NCBI GenBank assembly: GCA_036404015.1
Contig: DASWPO010000093.1
Coordinates: 4,165-68,164, forward strand
Reading direction: 5' to 3'
Source: Bordetella sp.
GTDB lineage: Bacteria; Pseudomonadota; Gammaproteobacteria; Burkholderiales; Burkholderiaceae_B
DNA: 64,000 nt
Shown: positions 37,404-47,433 of the stretch, piece by piece
Position numbering within the stretch: position 1 is the first letter of the stretch
Layout: the number at the start of each line of letters is the position of its first letter
Notes under the pieces: model-generated
The model's database searches: none
Seen by the model: only the letters and a program-made list of their open reading frames with translations
Told to the model about the DNA's origin: nothing
Position numbers and translations under genes: made by a program

Positions 37404-39695
37404 TCATGGCGGCGGATCGGCACTCAGGTGCCACCAACTCGGCAACAGCGCGCGCACTTTGCGCTGGCGGAAGCGGTCGTCGATCAGGTGCACCGTGCCG
37501 GTGTCGGTCGCCGTGCGGATCACGCGCCCGGCCGCCTGCACCACCTTCTGCAATCCGGGATAGAGATAGGTGTAGTCGTAGGCGAACTGCTGGCCAAAGC
37601 GCGCGCCCATGGACGCCAGAATCTGCTGATTGACCGGGTTTACCTGCGGCAGTCCCAGCGTGGCGATGAAGGCGCCGATCAGGCGCCGCCCGGGCAGATC
37701 CACGCCTTCGGCGAACGCGCCGCCGAGCACCGCGAAGCCCACGCCGCGCCCGTCCTCGGTAAAGCGCGCCAGAAAGCTTGCGCGTTCGTGGTCGTTCATG
37801 CGCGGGGCCTGCGTCCACAAGGGCACGTCCGGATGGGCGCGGGCCATGCATTCAGCCACCTGCTCCGCGTAGGCGAAGCTGCTGAAAAAGACGAGATAGT
37901 TGCCTGGCTGGTCGGCGTATTGCGCGGCCACGAGATCGGCGATCGGCGCCAGCGACCGCGCCCGATCATGCCAGCGCGTGGACACCGTGGTCACGACGTT
38001 CACGCTCAGTTGATGCGCGGAAAACGGCGTGTCGACGTCGACCCAGTCCGTGTTCGCGGGCAGTCCCAGCGTATCGAGGTGGAAATCGCGCGGGCTGAGC
38101 GTGGCGGAGAATAGCACCGTGCAGCGCGCGGCCGCGTGGCGCTCGACCAGATAGGGGGCCGGCACCACGTTGCGGATGCAGATTTCCGATTCGGGCTTGG
38201 CCGATGTGCCGGCGGCGTCGCGCACCGCAAGATCGAACAGCGCATGGTTGCCAAAGCTCGCGGCCAGGCGGTCGAACTGCAGCAGCGTGAAGTACAGGGC
38301 GAGCGCGGGATCGCCGGGCGCGGCGGGCCCGCTGGCGAAGTGCTCGGCGAGCGCCGCGTTGGCACGCCGGACGGCTTCGCATAGATTGGCCGGCACCAGG
38401 TCATAGGCCGCGTACGGCGTTGCCTGCTTCTTCTGCACGGCGCGCCAGGAACGCAACAGTCCATCGAGCGGCTTGCGTAGCTGGGGCGGCGCGGCCATGC
38501 GCGCCGCGCGCACCTGCGCCATGGACAGCGACACGCTGTACATGCCTCGCGCCCGCTCCAGCAGGTTGTGCGCTTCGTCCACCGCCACCGCCACGCGCCA
38601 TTGATGCGCCTGGGTGAGCGCATACAGCATCGCGCTGGCGTCGAACCAGTAGTTGTAGTCGCCCACCACCACGTCGCTCCAGCGCGCGAGCTCCTGGCCC
38701 AGGTAGTAGGGGCAGACCCCGTGTTCGTCGGCCGCGGCCCGCACCGACTCCCGCGTCAGCGTGGCGTCCGGACGCGCCAGGGCGTGCGCCCGCGCCGCCG
38801 GCAGGCGGTCGTAGAAGCCATGGGCCCGCGGGCAGGATGCGCCATGGCAGGCGCGGTCGGGGTGCGCGCAGGCCTTGTCGCGCGCGACCAGTTCCAGCAC
38901 GCGCAAGGGCAGGCCTGCTTCGCGCGTCGCATGCAGGCGGGCGATGGCGTCCAGCGCCAGGCCGTGTCCCGTGCCCTTGGCGGACAAAAAATACACCTTG
39001 TCGAGCCCCTGCGTCGCGCAGGCCTTGAGCAGGGGAAAGAGCGTGCCCAGCGTCTTGCCCACGCCGGTGGGCGCCTGGGCCAGGACGGGACGGCCGTCGC
39101 GCGCGGCCCGGTACACCGCCACCGCAAGCTCGCGCTGGCCGGCGCGCATCTTGCCATGCGGAAAGGCCAGCGATTCGAGCGCCGCGTCGCGCGCCTGCCG
39201 GTGCGCGCGCTCGCGCGCGGCCCATTCGGCGTAGCGCTCGCACAGGTCGTTGAAGAAAGCGGCCAGCGCGGCCGCGTCCAGGGTTTCGGCGACGGCGGTC
39301 TCGGCCTCGGTGTCCAGGTTGAAATAGACCACGGCGACGGTGATCTCGCCGAGGCCGCGCGACGCGCACAGCATATGGGCATAGACGCGCGCCTGCGCGC
39401 GGTGCAGCGCGCGCTGGTTGTCGCGCAGGGCATCGAGATCGCCGCGGTAGGTCTTGACCTCCTCCAAGCGGCGCGTTCCCGGCTCGTAGCCGTCGGCGCG
39501 GCCACGCACCGTCAGGCCGGCATGGCTGGCTGTCAGCGCGACCTCGTGTTCGAAGTCCTCGCCGCGCCGCTGGGCGATCACGGCATGGCCGGCCATGCCC
39601 TCCAGCGCGGTGGGCGCGGGCGTGAAGCGCAAGTCCAGGTCGCCGGCGCGCGCGGTGAAGTCGCACAGGCCGCGCACGGCCACTTCCAGCTTCAT
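37404..39695 (-). CDS. DinG/XPD-type Fe-S DNA helicase with N-terminal PD-(D/E)xK nuclease domain
   Basis: GRADG..LEEVKT nuclease motif; Q motif RAGQ; QAPTGVGKT; Cys cluster C..C..C..CPYY; DEAHN; QAAGRVIR. Confidence 0.92.
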   Translation of the reverse strand: MKLEVAVRGLCDFTARAGDLDLRFTPAPTALEGMAGHAVIAQRRGEDFEHEVALTASHAGLTVRGRADGYEPGTRRLEEVKTYRGDLDALRDNQRALHRAQARVYAHMLCASRGLGEITVAVVYFNLDTEAETAVAETLDAAALAAFFNDLCERYAEWAARERAHRQARDAALESLAFPHGKMRAGQRELAVAVYRAARDGRPVLAQAPTGVGKTLGTLFPLLKACATQGLDKVYFLSAKGTGHGLALDAIARLHATREAGLPLRVLELVARDKACAHPDRACHGASCPRAHGFYDRLPAARAHALARPDATLTRESVRAAADEHGVCPYYLGQELARWSDVVVGDYNYWFDASAMLYALTQAHQWRVAVAVDEAHNLLERARGMYSVSLSMAQVRAARMAAPPQLRKPLDGLLRSWRAVQKKQATPYAAYDLVPANLCEAVRRANAALAEHFASGPAAPGDPALALYFTLLQFDRLAASFGNHALFDLAVRDAAGTSAKPESEICIRNVVPAPYLVERHAAARCTVLFSATLSPRDFHLDTLGLPANTDWVDVDTPFSAHQLSVNVVTTVSTRWHDRARSLAPIADLVAAQYADQPGNYLVFFSSFAYAEQVAECMARAHPDVPLWTQAPRMNDHERASFLARFTEDGRGVGFAVLGGAFAEGVDLPGRRLIGAFIATLGLPQVNPVNQQILASMGARFGQQFAYDYTYLYPGLQKVVQAAGRVIRTATDTGTVHLIDDRFRQRKVRALLPSWWHLSADPPP

Positions 39696-41365
39696 GCCGC
39701 CTGCTCCTCGCCCGTAGCCCAGCGCACATGGCAGACCCGTAGCGGCAAGCCCTGCGCGGCGGCGTATTCGAGCCAGCGCGCCTGGTTGTCCTGCAGGCGG
39801 TCGCCCGGGCCCTTGACCTCGATGAACTCGTAGCGGCGCTGCGCCGGCCAGAACCGCACGAGATCGGGCAGGCCGGAGCGATTCGTCTTCAGGTCATCGA
39901 GCAGCCGCGCGAACCACAGCGACAGGTGCGCCGCGGGGATGCAGTCCAGCGCGGTGCCGAGCAATTCGCGCGTCAGCATGCCCCAGAACACGAAAGGCGA
40001 CTGGATGCCGGCTTTTGCCTCGAAGCGCGCCAGGATGCGCGCGCGGTGGCCGCCGTCGCCGTCGTCTCGCAGGGTGGCCAGGCACGCGTCGAAGGCCTGC
40101 GCGCGGCGCGCGCGGAAATCGGGCTCGTGCAAGTCGGCGGGGCCTTGCTGGAAGGGATGGAAGAACGCCCCGGGCACGGGCTGGAAAATGGCGTCCCAGC
40201 ACAGCAGGCCGAACAGGGAGTTGACCAGGCCGTTCTCCACCCAGTGCACCTGCGAGCCGTCCTCGGCGAAGTGGTCGCGCGCGACGATCTCGACCCGGGA
40301 CGCTCCGTCCGGGCACGCAAGCGTGAGCGTGGTGGCGTCGGCCGCGCGCCGCGCGCGCTGCGCGGGCGCCGGCTGCCCGGCCTGCCGCGCCAGGCGCGGC
40401 AACATACGGGAGACCTGTTGCCGTTCGGCCTCGCTCGCGGCGCTGGCCAGCGTCTGCCGAGCCAGGGTGTGCGCCTCGGCAAAGCGTTGCTGGCGCTCCA
40501 GCACGCGGATCAGCCGCTGGCGCGCGCCGGAATAGGCGGTGGCGCGATAGGCTTGCTCGGCTTCAGTCCAGTCGCCGGCGCGTTCGCACCACTGTCCCAG
40601 GCGAAACCACAGCTTGGCCTGCCGGCGCGCGAGCCAGGGCACGGCGGTCTCGCAGGCGGCCAACTGCGCGCGCAACGCGGGCGCCTCGCCCGGCCGGGCC
40701 GTCTCGAGACTATCCCGCACCGCCTGTAGCGCGAGATAAACGTCGACGTCGGCCGCCTGCTGGAAGGCGCGATTGGCGGCATCGATCTCGACCTTCTCGT
40801 ACTGGAAAATGCCCAGGTCGGCGAGCACGAACTCGGACCAGGTCTGGTGCAGATTGCCGAAGAACATGAGGCGCAGCCGCTGCGCCAGCGGCGCCACGTC
40901 GACGGACCAGATCGCCTCGCCCGGCGCGGCGCCCCAGGCGCTGCATGGGCGCGCGTGCGGTTCGCCGAGAAACGCGGCGAGCCTGGGCAGCAGTTCCGCC
41001 TTGCGCAGGGCAGGGCGCAGCCCGGCCTGCGGATAGCGCCGCGTGAGTTCTTCCTTGGTGTGCAGCGCCGCCCAGTCGGACCAAGCGAGCGTCGGGTCGG
41101 CGCGCAGCCAGCCCAGCGCGAGCAGGGGCTCCGCGGCCGGCGCGACGGGACCGATCTCCTCGTATTGCAGCCGTTCGGCGCGGTACACGGCGCAACGCCG
41201 CATCAGCAGGCGCACCAGCAATGCCCGCGAAGCCATGGGCAGGCCGGGGAAGGCGCGCAGGAAGTCCAGTTCGGCCGGGGCGAGCACGTCGGCATACCGC
41301 GCGGCGAGCCAGTCGAGCGCGTGCTGGAAGTTATGCAGGTAATAGTAGCGGTACGCGGGAAACAT
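39692..41365 (-). CDS. FAN1-like VRR-NUC domain nuclease
   Basis: YYLHNF, LMFFGNL, VENGL..LFGLLCW, GLPDL..EVKGPGDRLQDNQ; ATGA overlap with the helicase. Confidence 0.92.
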   Translation of the reverse strand: MFPAYRYYYLHNFQHALDWLAARYADVLAPAELDFLRAFPGLPMASRALLVRLLMRRCAVYRAERLQYEEIGPVAPAAEPLLALGWLRADPTLAWSDWAALHTKEELTRRYPQAGLRPALRKAELLPRLAAFLGEPHARPCSAWGAAPGEAIWSVDVAPLAQRLRLMFFGNLHQTWSEFVLADLGIFQYEKVEIDAANRAFQQAADVDVYLALQAVRDSLETARPGEAPALRAQLAACETAVPWLARRQAKLWFRLGQWCERAGDWTEAEQAYRATAYSGARQRLIRVLERQQRFAEAHTLARQTLASAASEAERQQVSRMLPRLARQAGQPAPAQRARRAADATTLTLACPDGASRVEIVARDHFAEDGSQVHWVENGLVNSLFGLLCWDAIFQPVPGAFFHPFQQGPADLHEPDFRARRAQAFDACLATLRDDGDGGHRARILARFEAKAGIQSPFVFWGMLTRELLGTALDCIPAAHLSLWFARLLDDLKTNRSGLPDLVRFWPAQRRYEFIEVKGPGDRLQDNQARWLEYAAAQGLPLRVCHVRWATGEEQAA

Positions 41366-41393
41366 GCCGGGCCGGGCGCGGGATTCTTCAAGG

Positions 41394-41411
41394 ACTGGGG
41401 TTTTATCCAGT
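41394..41411. promoter_or_regulatory. LexA (SOS) box upstream of the VRR-NUC gene
   Basis: aCTGgggttttatcCAGt (CTG-N10-CAG; minus strand ACTGGATAAAACCCCAGT), ~30 bp before the ATG. Confidence 0.7.
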
Positions 41412-41530
41412 GCAATCATAACCCCCTTGCTTCTGCTCGCCGGTCGTATCAGCACTGGCGAAGGAATCGGGATTCACTATGGCCTGGGGATGTTCATTTT
41501 CTTGTCATGCTTCACTGATGATGTGGGTCT

Positions 41531-44500
41531 TCAATGGAAGTCTCGGCTGCTGATTGCCAATTCGCCCAGCAGGGGAGTCAGATCCACCAGCCTGCCGACC
41601 ACGAGATGCTGCACCCCGGACTTGGACTGCCACGAGCCATAGGCGCCCAGCAGCCGGGCACCCAGCAGCTCCCGGCGCTGGCGGTCGACGAGCTCGGGCC
41701 GCACGATGAGATTGACCTGGCCGTCCTCGTCTTCGATCGTCACGAAAACGATCCCACGCGAAGTGCCAGGACGCTGGCGAACGGTCACGATCCCGGCGGC
41801 GCGTACCAGGCGGCGGTTGGGCATATCGCGTAGCTGCGACGACGGGGCGAAGCGCAGCGCGGTCAACTGCTCGCGCAGCAGCGCGATCGGGTGCCGGCCC
41901 AGTGTCAGGCCCAGATGCTGGTAATCGGCCACGAGCGCCTGCCCTTCGCGCATTCCCGGAAGCTGCGGGCGAGCCGTCTCGCGGATCTCGGCTTCCCGCA
42001 GCAGCCCGCGCTCGGGCGCGCTCACGATGGCGTCCCACAGGGCCTCACGGCGCCGACCGGCCAGGGGGCGCAGCGCGTCGGCCGCGGCCAAGGCTTGCAG
42101 GTCGTGACGACTAAGGTCGGCGCGCCGCGCCAGGTCGGCCACCGAGGCGAACGGATGCACGGCGCGCGCGACTTCGATGCGCCATGCGGCCTCCTGGCGC
42201 ATGCCTTTCACCTGATTAATCCCCAGCCGCACCGCTGGACGCGCAGCGCTGCAGGCCTCGAGCTGCGCGTCCCAGTTGCTGCGCGTGGCATCGACAGGCA
42301 ATACCATCACGCCGTGACGGCGGGCGTCCTGCACCAGAATGGAGGGAGAATAAAACCCCATCGGTTGGCTATTGAGCAGCGCAGCCAGGAACGCCTCGGG
42401 TTCATGGCATTTGAGCCAGGCGCTGGCGTAGGCCAGCAGTGCGAAGCTGGCCGAATGCGACTCGGGAAACCCGTATTCTCCGAAGCCCTGGATCTGCTGA
42501 TAGATTTGTTCGGCAAAGGCGCGGTCGTAGCCGCGCTCGGTCATGCCCACAATGATCTTGTCGTAGAACTTGCCCAGGCCGCCCTTGCGCTTCCACGCCG
42601 CCATCGAGCGTCGCAGTTCGTCGGCTTCCCCCGCCGTGAAGCCGGCCGCAAGCATGGCCACCTGCATCACCTGCTCCTGGAAGATCGGCACGCCAAGCGT
42701 GCGTTCGAGCGCCTGGCGCATGTCGTCGCTCGGATAGGTCACAGGGTCGAGCTTTTGCCGGCGCCGCAGATAGGGACGGACCATGCCGCCTTGGATTGGG
42801 CCGGGGCGCACGATCGCCACCTGGACGACGAGGTCGTAGTATTTGCGCGGCCGCAGGCGGGGCAGCATGCTCATCTGGGCGCGCGACTCGATCTGGAACG
42901 TGCCGATCGTGTCGGCCGCGCAGATCATGTCGTAGGTTTTTTCGTCTTCAGGCGGGATGTCTTGCAGTTCGAATACGTCGCCGCGCTGTGCGCTGACGAG
43001 ATCGAGCGCGCGGCGCAGCACGCTCAGCATGCCGAGCGCCAGCACGTCGACCTTGAGCAGGCCGACCGCGTCCAGATCATCCTTGTCCCATTGCACGACG
43101 CTGCGGCCCGCCATGGCGGCCGGCTCGATCGGGACCAGCCGGCACAACGGCCCGCGCGAGATGACGAAACCGCCCGGATGCTGCGACAGGTGGCGCGGAA
43201 AGCCCATCAGGCGTTCGGCCAGCACGATCCACTGCTGCGCCACCGGCGACTCGGGATCCAGTCCGCTCTCGGCCATGCGCGCCGCCAGGTTGGCGCGCCC
43301 GTCCCAGTAGTGGTGCGACTTCGCCACCGCATCGACCAGCATCGGGTCCACGCCCAGCGCGCGGCCCGCGTCGCGGATGGCGCTCTTGGTCCGGTAGCTG
43401 ATGACCACGGCGGTCAGCGCGGCCCGGTCCTTGCCGTACTTTTCGTAGATGTACTGGATGATTTCTTCGCGGCGCTGGTGCTCGAAATCGACATCGATGT
43501 CGGGCGGCTCATTGCGTTCGCGGCTGATGAAGCGCTCGAAGAGGCTGGTGCCGCGCGCGGGGTCCACTTCCGTAATGCCCAGGCAATAGCAGACGGCGCT
43601 GTTCGCCGCCGAGCCGCGGCCCTGGCAGAGGATGCCGCGCCGGCGCGCGAAGCTGACCAGGTCGTAGACGGTCAGGAAATAGGCTTCGTACTTCAGGTCC
43701 GCGATCAGCGCCAGCTCGTGCTCGATCTGCGCCTGGACTTGAGGGGGCATGCCTTGCCGGAAGCGGCGGCGCGCACCGAGATACGTCTCCTGGCGCAGGT
43801 GCTCGGCCGGCGTCTTGCCCGGCGGGCAGACCTCGTCGGGGTATTCGTAGCGCAGTTCGTCCAGGTTGAATGGGCACTGCGTCGCCACTTCCAGCGTCTG
43901 CTCCAGCAGCTCGCGCGGATACAGGTTGGCCAGGCGCAGGCGCGAGCGCAGATGCTGTTCGGCGTTCGAGGCCCGCTCGAAACCGCACTCGGCAATGGGA
44001 GTCCTCAGCCGGGTAGCCGTCAGCGTGTCATGCAGCGGCTTGCGCGAACGCCCGTGCATTTCGACCTGGCCGGTGGCCACCAGCGGCAGGTGGCAGCGCC
44101 GCGCCGCCTCGACGACATGGGCACGGTGGCGGTCGTCCTGCGCGCGGTGCAGCAAAGTGAGCGCCATCCAGCAACGCCCCGGGAAAGTCGCCGCCGCCCA
44201 TTCGGCCTGCGCCAACAATCGTTCGAGCGGCGCGCCGTATTCGGGGGTAAGCAGCACCACGCATTCGGGCAGGTTGCGCAGATGCGCGTACGACGGTTCG
44301 GTGGGCTGGTCCAGGTCCGAGGGCATCAGCCGATATTCGCCCTTGGAGGCCCGGCCGCGCGCCAGCGTGATCAGCTCGCACAGGTTGCCGTAGCCGCGGC
44401 GTGTCTGCGCGAGCGCGGTCAGCTGGACGGCCGGCTTGCCATCGGCATTGCGCAGCACGAAGCTCGAGCCGACCAGGAGGGGAAACTTGTGCTTCTTGGC

Positions 44501-44674
44501 TTGCACGTGCGCGCGGACCACGCCGGCAACGGAGCATTCGTCCGTGATCGCCAGCGCGGCATAGCCGAGCTCGATCGCACGCGCCACCAGCTCTTCCGGG
44601 TGCGAAGCGCCGCGCAAGAAGGTGTAGTTCGTCGTGCATTGCAGCTCGGCATACGCAGGTAAGGTGGCCGCCAT
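41531..44674 (-). CDS. dnaE2: Error-prone DNA polymerase III alpha (ImuC/DnaE2)
   Basis: PHP (FLRGASHPEEL, LAITD), GRGSAANS, EPPDIDVDFEH, SQHPGG, YGFPESH, C-terminal SRDFH. Confidence 0.97.
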   Translation of the reverse strand: MAATLPAYAELQCTTNYTFLRGASHPEELVARAIELGYAALAITDECSVAGVVRAHVQAKKHKFPLLVGSSFVLRNADGKPAVQLTALAQTRRGYGNLCELITLARGRASKGEYRLMPSDLDQPTEPSYAHLRNLPECVVLLTPEYGAPLERLLAQAEWAAATFPGRCWMALTLLHRAQDDRHRAHVVEAARRCHLPLVATGQVEMHGRSRKPLHDTLTATRLRTPIAECGFERASNAEQHLRSRLRLANLYPRELLEQTLEVATQCPFNLDELRYEYPDEVCPPGKTPAEHLRQETYLGARRRFRQGMPPQVQAQIEHELALIADLKYEAYFLTVYDLVSFARRRGILCQGRGSAANSAVCYCLGITEVDPARGTSLFERFISRERNEPPDIDVDFEHQRREEIIQYIYEKYGKDRAALTAVVISYRTKSAIRDAGRALGVDPMLVDAVAKSHHYWDGRANLAARMAESGLDPESPVAQQWIVLAERLMGFPRHLSQHPGGFVISRGPLCRLVPIEPAAMAGRSVVQWDKDDLDAVGLLKVDVLALGMLSVLRRALDLVSAQRGDVFELQDIPPEDEKTYDMICAADTIGTFQIESRAQMSMLPRLRPRKYYDLVVQVAIVRPGPIQGGMVRPYLRRRQKLDPVTYPSDDMRQALERTLGVPIFQEQVMQVAMLAAGFTAGEADELRRSMAAWKRKGGLGKFYDKIIVGMTERGYDRAFAEQIYQQIQGFGEYGFPESHSASFALLAYASAWLKCHEPEAFLAALLNSQPMGFYSPSILVQDARRHGVMVLPVDATRSNWDAQLEACSAARPAVRLGINQVKGMRQEAAWRIEVARAVHPFASVADLARRADLSRHDLQALAAADALRPLAGRRREALWDAIVSAPERGLLREAEIRETARPQLPGMREGQALVADYQHLGLTLGRHPIALLREQLTALRFAPSSQLRDMPNRRLVRAAGIVTVRQRPGTSRGIVFVTIEDEDGQVNLIVRPELVDRQRRELLGARLLGAYGSWQSKSGVQHLVVGRLVDLTPLLGELAISSRDFH

Positions 44675-44680
44675 GGCATG

Positions 44681-46126
44681 TCATCCGAACAAGCCATGGA
44701 GAAACCAGCCGCTTGCCTCGCCGCGCGCGCGGAACAACCAGTAGCGAGCGCCGTCCGGGGCCTCGGCGACGAAATAGTCGCGTACGATCAGGCCGCTCCA
44801 CCAGCCGTCCTCGATGCGCTCGGGACCCTGCACGATACGCAGCGGCGCGCCGTAGTAGGGGCGGTGGCCACGCGTGCTCAATGCGATGGGCGACTCCAGC
44901 AGCCAGCATGGCCGGGTGACGCCGGGCGCGTAGCGTGCCGGCCCGGCCGGGGCATTGTTCGGCACCCAGCGGTTGGCGGTCTCGGGACGATGATCAGCCA
45001 CAGGACTTGGATGCAAGACGTTTTCGCGCCCCAGGCGCGCCACCAGCAGCGCCATGACGTGGGCGTGATCGGCTGTGTTGCCGCCTTGCTCCGGGAAGAG
45101 GTCCATGGGCACGGGCGCCAGTGTTTCGAGGTCGACCGCCTGTAGCGTTACAGCCAGTGCCGGCGCGGCCAGCGCAAGCCGGTTCAGCCGCTCGGTGAGC
45201 AGCGGCATCATGCGTGCCGGCGACCAGCTCGGGCCGGCCAGCCGGACATCAAGCGTGGTCGGCGCGCACGCATGCCTGCCTCGCTCATGCTCGATGACCA
45301 GCGCGATACCCGTGGCGGCCCGGTGCTGCGCTACCAGCCATCCGCAGAGTTGCTCGACGAGCCGGCTCGCCACGCAGAGCACGCCGGCCACGTGTTCGAC
45401 GCGCTCTTCCAGTTCGATGCGTCCGGCAAAGACGGCGGGAGCCGCCATCCAGGCATGCAGTTCGGGGGCCTCGCCGTATGCCTGATCGAGGGCCTGCAGC
45501 AGCGCGGCGTGCGTGCGGCGCTGCAAGGCGCCGCGCGGCAGGCGCCGCAGGGCGGCGAGCGTGTCGCAGCCGATGCCGGCCAGCCAGTCGAGGTGGCGGG
45601 CGGCAGCCGGCAGGCAGGCGGCGGGCAAGGCGTCGAGTCGCCGCGCCAGGGTCGTCAGCTTCAGGACACGCCGGCGTTGGCGCGCCGATGCCGCCAGCAG
45701 CCACGCGCCGCTGGCGGTGGGCGCCACGCCCAGGCGCGCGGCCACGCCCAGGCCCTGCGCCGTAGCGGCTATGCGGTGGCAGAGGGCGCGGATCCCCCGG
45801 AACAGATTCAGGCTGGCGGTCACGTCCAGCAGAATGGTGTCGGCCTCGGTCAGCGCCACTTCCGGCGTGTATTGCAGGAGCGCCAGGGCGGCATCTTCGA
45901 CCAACCGGGCGTGCGCTTGGGCATCGTAGGCGCGCAAGGTTGCGCTCGGGCACAGTGCGTTCACCCCGCTGGCCCGCAGTCCTGGTCGCACGCCGGCCTG
46001 CGCCGCCAGGGGCGAGCAGGCGCGCACCTGGCCCGCTTCGAGGACGACCGCCGCCTCAGTTCGCCAGCGTGGGCACTGACTGTCCAGGCTCGCGTGCGGC
46101 AGGTGCACGGCTATCCAGACTGGCAT
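44681..46126 (-). CDS. imuB: ImuB, inactive Y-family polymerase-like protein
   Basis: Between imuA and dnaE2; ASLNLF, GVAPT, RPCWLL, GPERIEDGWW, RDYF, WFLHG. Confidence 0.93.
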   Translation of the reverse strand: MPVWIAVHLPHASLDSQCPRWRTEAAVVLEAGQVRACSPLAAQAGVRPGLRASGVNALCPSATLRAYDAQAHARLVEDAALALLQYTPEVALTEADTILLDVTASLNLFRGIRALCHRIAATAQGLGVAARLGVAPTASGAWLLAASARQRRRVLKLTTLARRLDALPAACLPAAARHLDWLAGIGCDTLAALRRLPRGALQRRTHAALLQALDQAYGEAPELHAWMAAPAVFAGRIELEERVEHVAGVLCVASRLVEQLCGWLVAQHRAATGIALVIEHERGRHACAPTTLDVRLAGPSWSPARMMPLLTERLNRLALAAPALAVTLQAVDLETLAPVPMDLFPEQGGNTADHAHVMALLVARLGRENVLHPSPVADHRPETANRWVPNNAPAGPARYAPGVTRPCWLLESPIALSTRGHRPYYGAPLRIVQGPERIEDGWWSGLIVRDYFVAEAPDGARYWLFRARGEASGWFLHGLFG

Positions 46127-46766
46127 CATCGACCTCGGCAATACGGCGCGCTGGATACAGCGGTACGAGAATCGGCGCATCGCAGACGCTGCCCCGGCGT
46201 TTCAGGATGCGCACGGATACGCCGCCCGGGACGGGCGCCAGGGCCAGACGCAGCGGCGCGGCCGAGGCTTGCGCGGCCGCCGCCAACGGGCGGACGACCA
46301 CGAACAAGGCGTCGCCGGATTGGGCGGCCAGTTGCAAGCGGCGCACCGCCGCGGCGCGCATCGCGTTCTGCCAGAGCAGGACGGCCGCAAAGGCGCTGCT
46401 GCGCACGGCCAGCTCGGCCGCCCACAAGGCATCGACATCACGCTCGGGCCGCAGCCACACGAGACGTGCCGGGTCCGCGCCCCAGCCGGCCCAGGCAGCG
46501 GCCTGCGGCGCGTGCGGTGGACGCACTAGGACAATGGGGCGCGCGTCGGGCCCGAGGAGCGCGCTGCGCAGCAGGTGCAGTTCCCCGACACCCGCCTGCT
46601 GGACCAGCAATTCGGTCAGGTTGCCGCGGGGCCAGCCTCCGCCGGGCAACTGCGCCGATAGCGCGGCGATGCCAGTGGGCGCGTAGCGGCCTGGCGCCCG
46701 GGACAATTGCGAGGCGCGCCAGAGGGCAGGGTGGATATGCTCGGGAGCCAGTGAGGCGGAAGTCAT
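46056..46766 (-). CDS. imuA: ImuA translesion synthesis-associated protein
   Basis: HPALWRASQL, LPGGGWPRGNLTELL, DALWAAE, RRLQLAAQ, ILKRRG. Confidence 0.93.
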   Translation of the reverse strand: MTSASLAPEHIHPALWRASQLSRAPGRYAPTGIAALSAQLPGGGWPRGNLTELLVQQAGVGELHLLRSALLGPDARPIVLVRPPHAPQAAAWAGWGADPARLVWLRPERDVDALWAAELAVRSSAFAAVLLWQNAMRAAAVRRLQLAAQSGDALFVVVRPLAAAAQASAAPLRLALAPVPGGVSVRILKRRGSVCDAPILVPLYPARRIAEVDDASLDSRAPAAREPGQSVPTLAN

Positions 46767-46791
46767 GGAGGAAAGCAAGAGCAGCTGTTTT

Positions 46792-46811
46792 TACTGGATA
46801 AATATACAGTA
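46792..46811. promoter_or_regulatory. LexA (SOS) box upstream of imuA
   Basis: TACTGGATAAATATACAGTA, near-consensus TACTG-N10-CAGTA. Confidence 0.92.
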
Positions 46812-46958
46812 TTCATGCCATCGGCTTGTAACAGCCTTTGCTTTTGCTGCGCTTCGCTGTCGCGATGTCTGCTGGGCACTAGGCGACCTGGACCGGTTGA
46901 CCCTGGTGCCGCGACGGCCTCAGCCCGGAACGCCCGGGTTGGGGCCTCGGCCTGACAG

Positions 46959-47330
46959 TCAGCCATGCGGTAGCGGTTGTCGCGACGCTTCGCGCAAAGC
47001 ACGCGTCCAACCGCCTGACAATACGAATCGAGGAAAGGTCAGCCATTGCTCGGCGAGGATGCGGACTAAGGCTTCAGCCGGTCCGGAGAACCGCTCGGGT
47101 TGTCCGGGTTCGCCACGATGGCAGCGGCCTTGCCATGCCAGTGACGCAGCCATCGCAGCCAGACAGAGCATCGCCGCTATCCACATGCCAAGCAGCAGGG
47201 CGGCGACCATCGCCACATTGCCAGCAATAAACGCCGGTACAGCCGCAAGGTGTACGAGCAGGGTGCTACGCAAACGATGGGTTCGCGCGTAATCCTGCCA
47301 CTGCCGTTCGACGAGTTCTACGAGAGGCAT
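46959..47330 (-). CDS. Small membrane protein, DUF962/Mpo1-like
   Basis: QWQDYARTH..LLVHLAAVPAF, two TM helices, QGRCHRGE, EQWLTFPRFVLSGGW. Confidence 0.7.
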   Translation of the reverse strand: MPLVELVERQWQDYARTHRLRSTLLVHLAAVPAFIAGNVAMVAALLLGMWIAAMLCLAAMAASLAWQGRCHRGEPGQPERFSGPAEALVRILAEQWLTFPRFVLSGGWTRALREASRQPLPHG

Positions 47331-47433
47331 TTGCGTATATCCTTTGCAGTGCGAGATAGGGATGGAAATCCGGAACAGCCTAAGCGAGGAAATGTGCCCT
47401 GTCTTGAACGTTCTGGCTGTCAAGAATTCAATC

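Noticed and set aside
37404-39695. Cas4-like nuclease-DinG fusion as a CRISPR type IV or defence gene
   Set aside because: No repeat-spacer array or cas genes in the window; context (VRR-NUC, imuABC, LexA boxes) points to DNA repair
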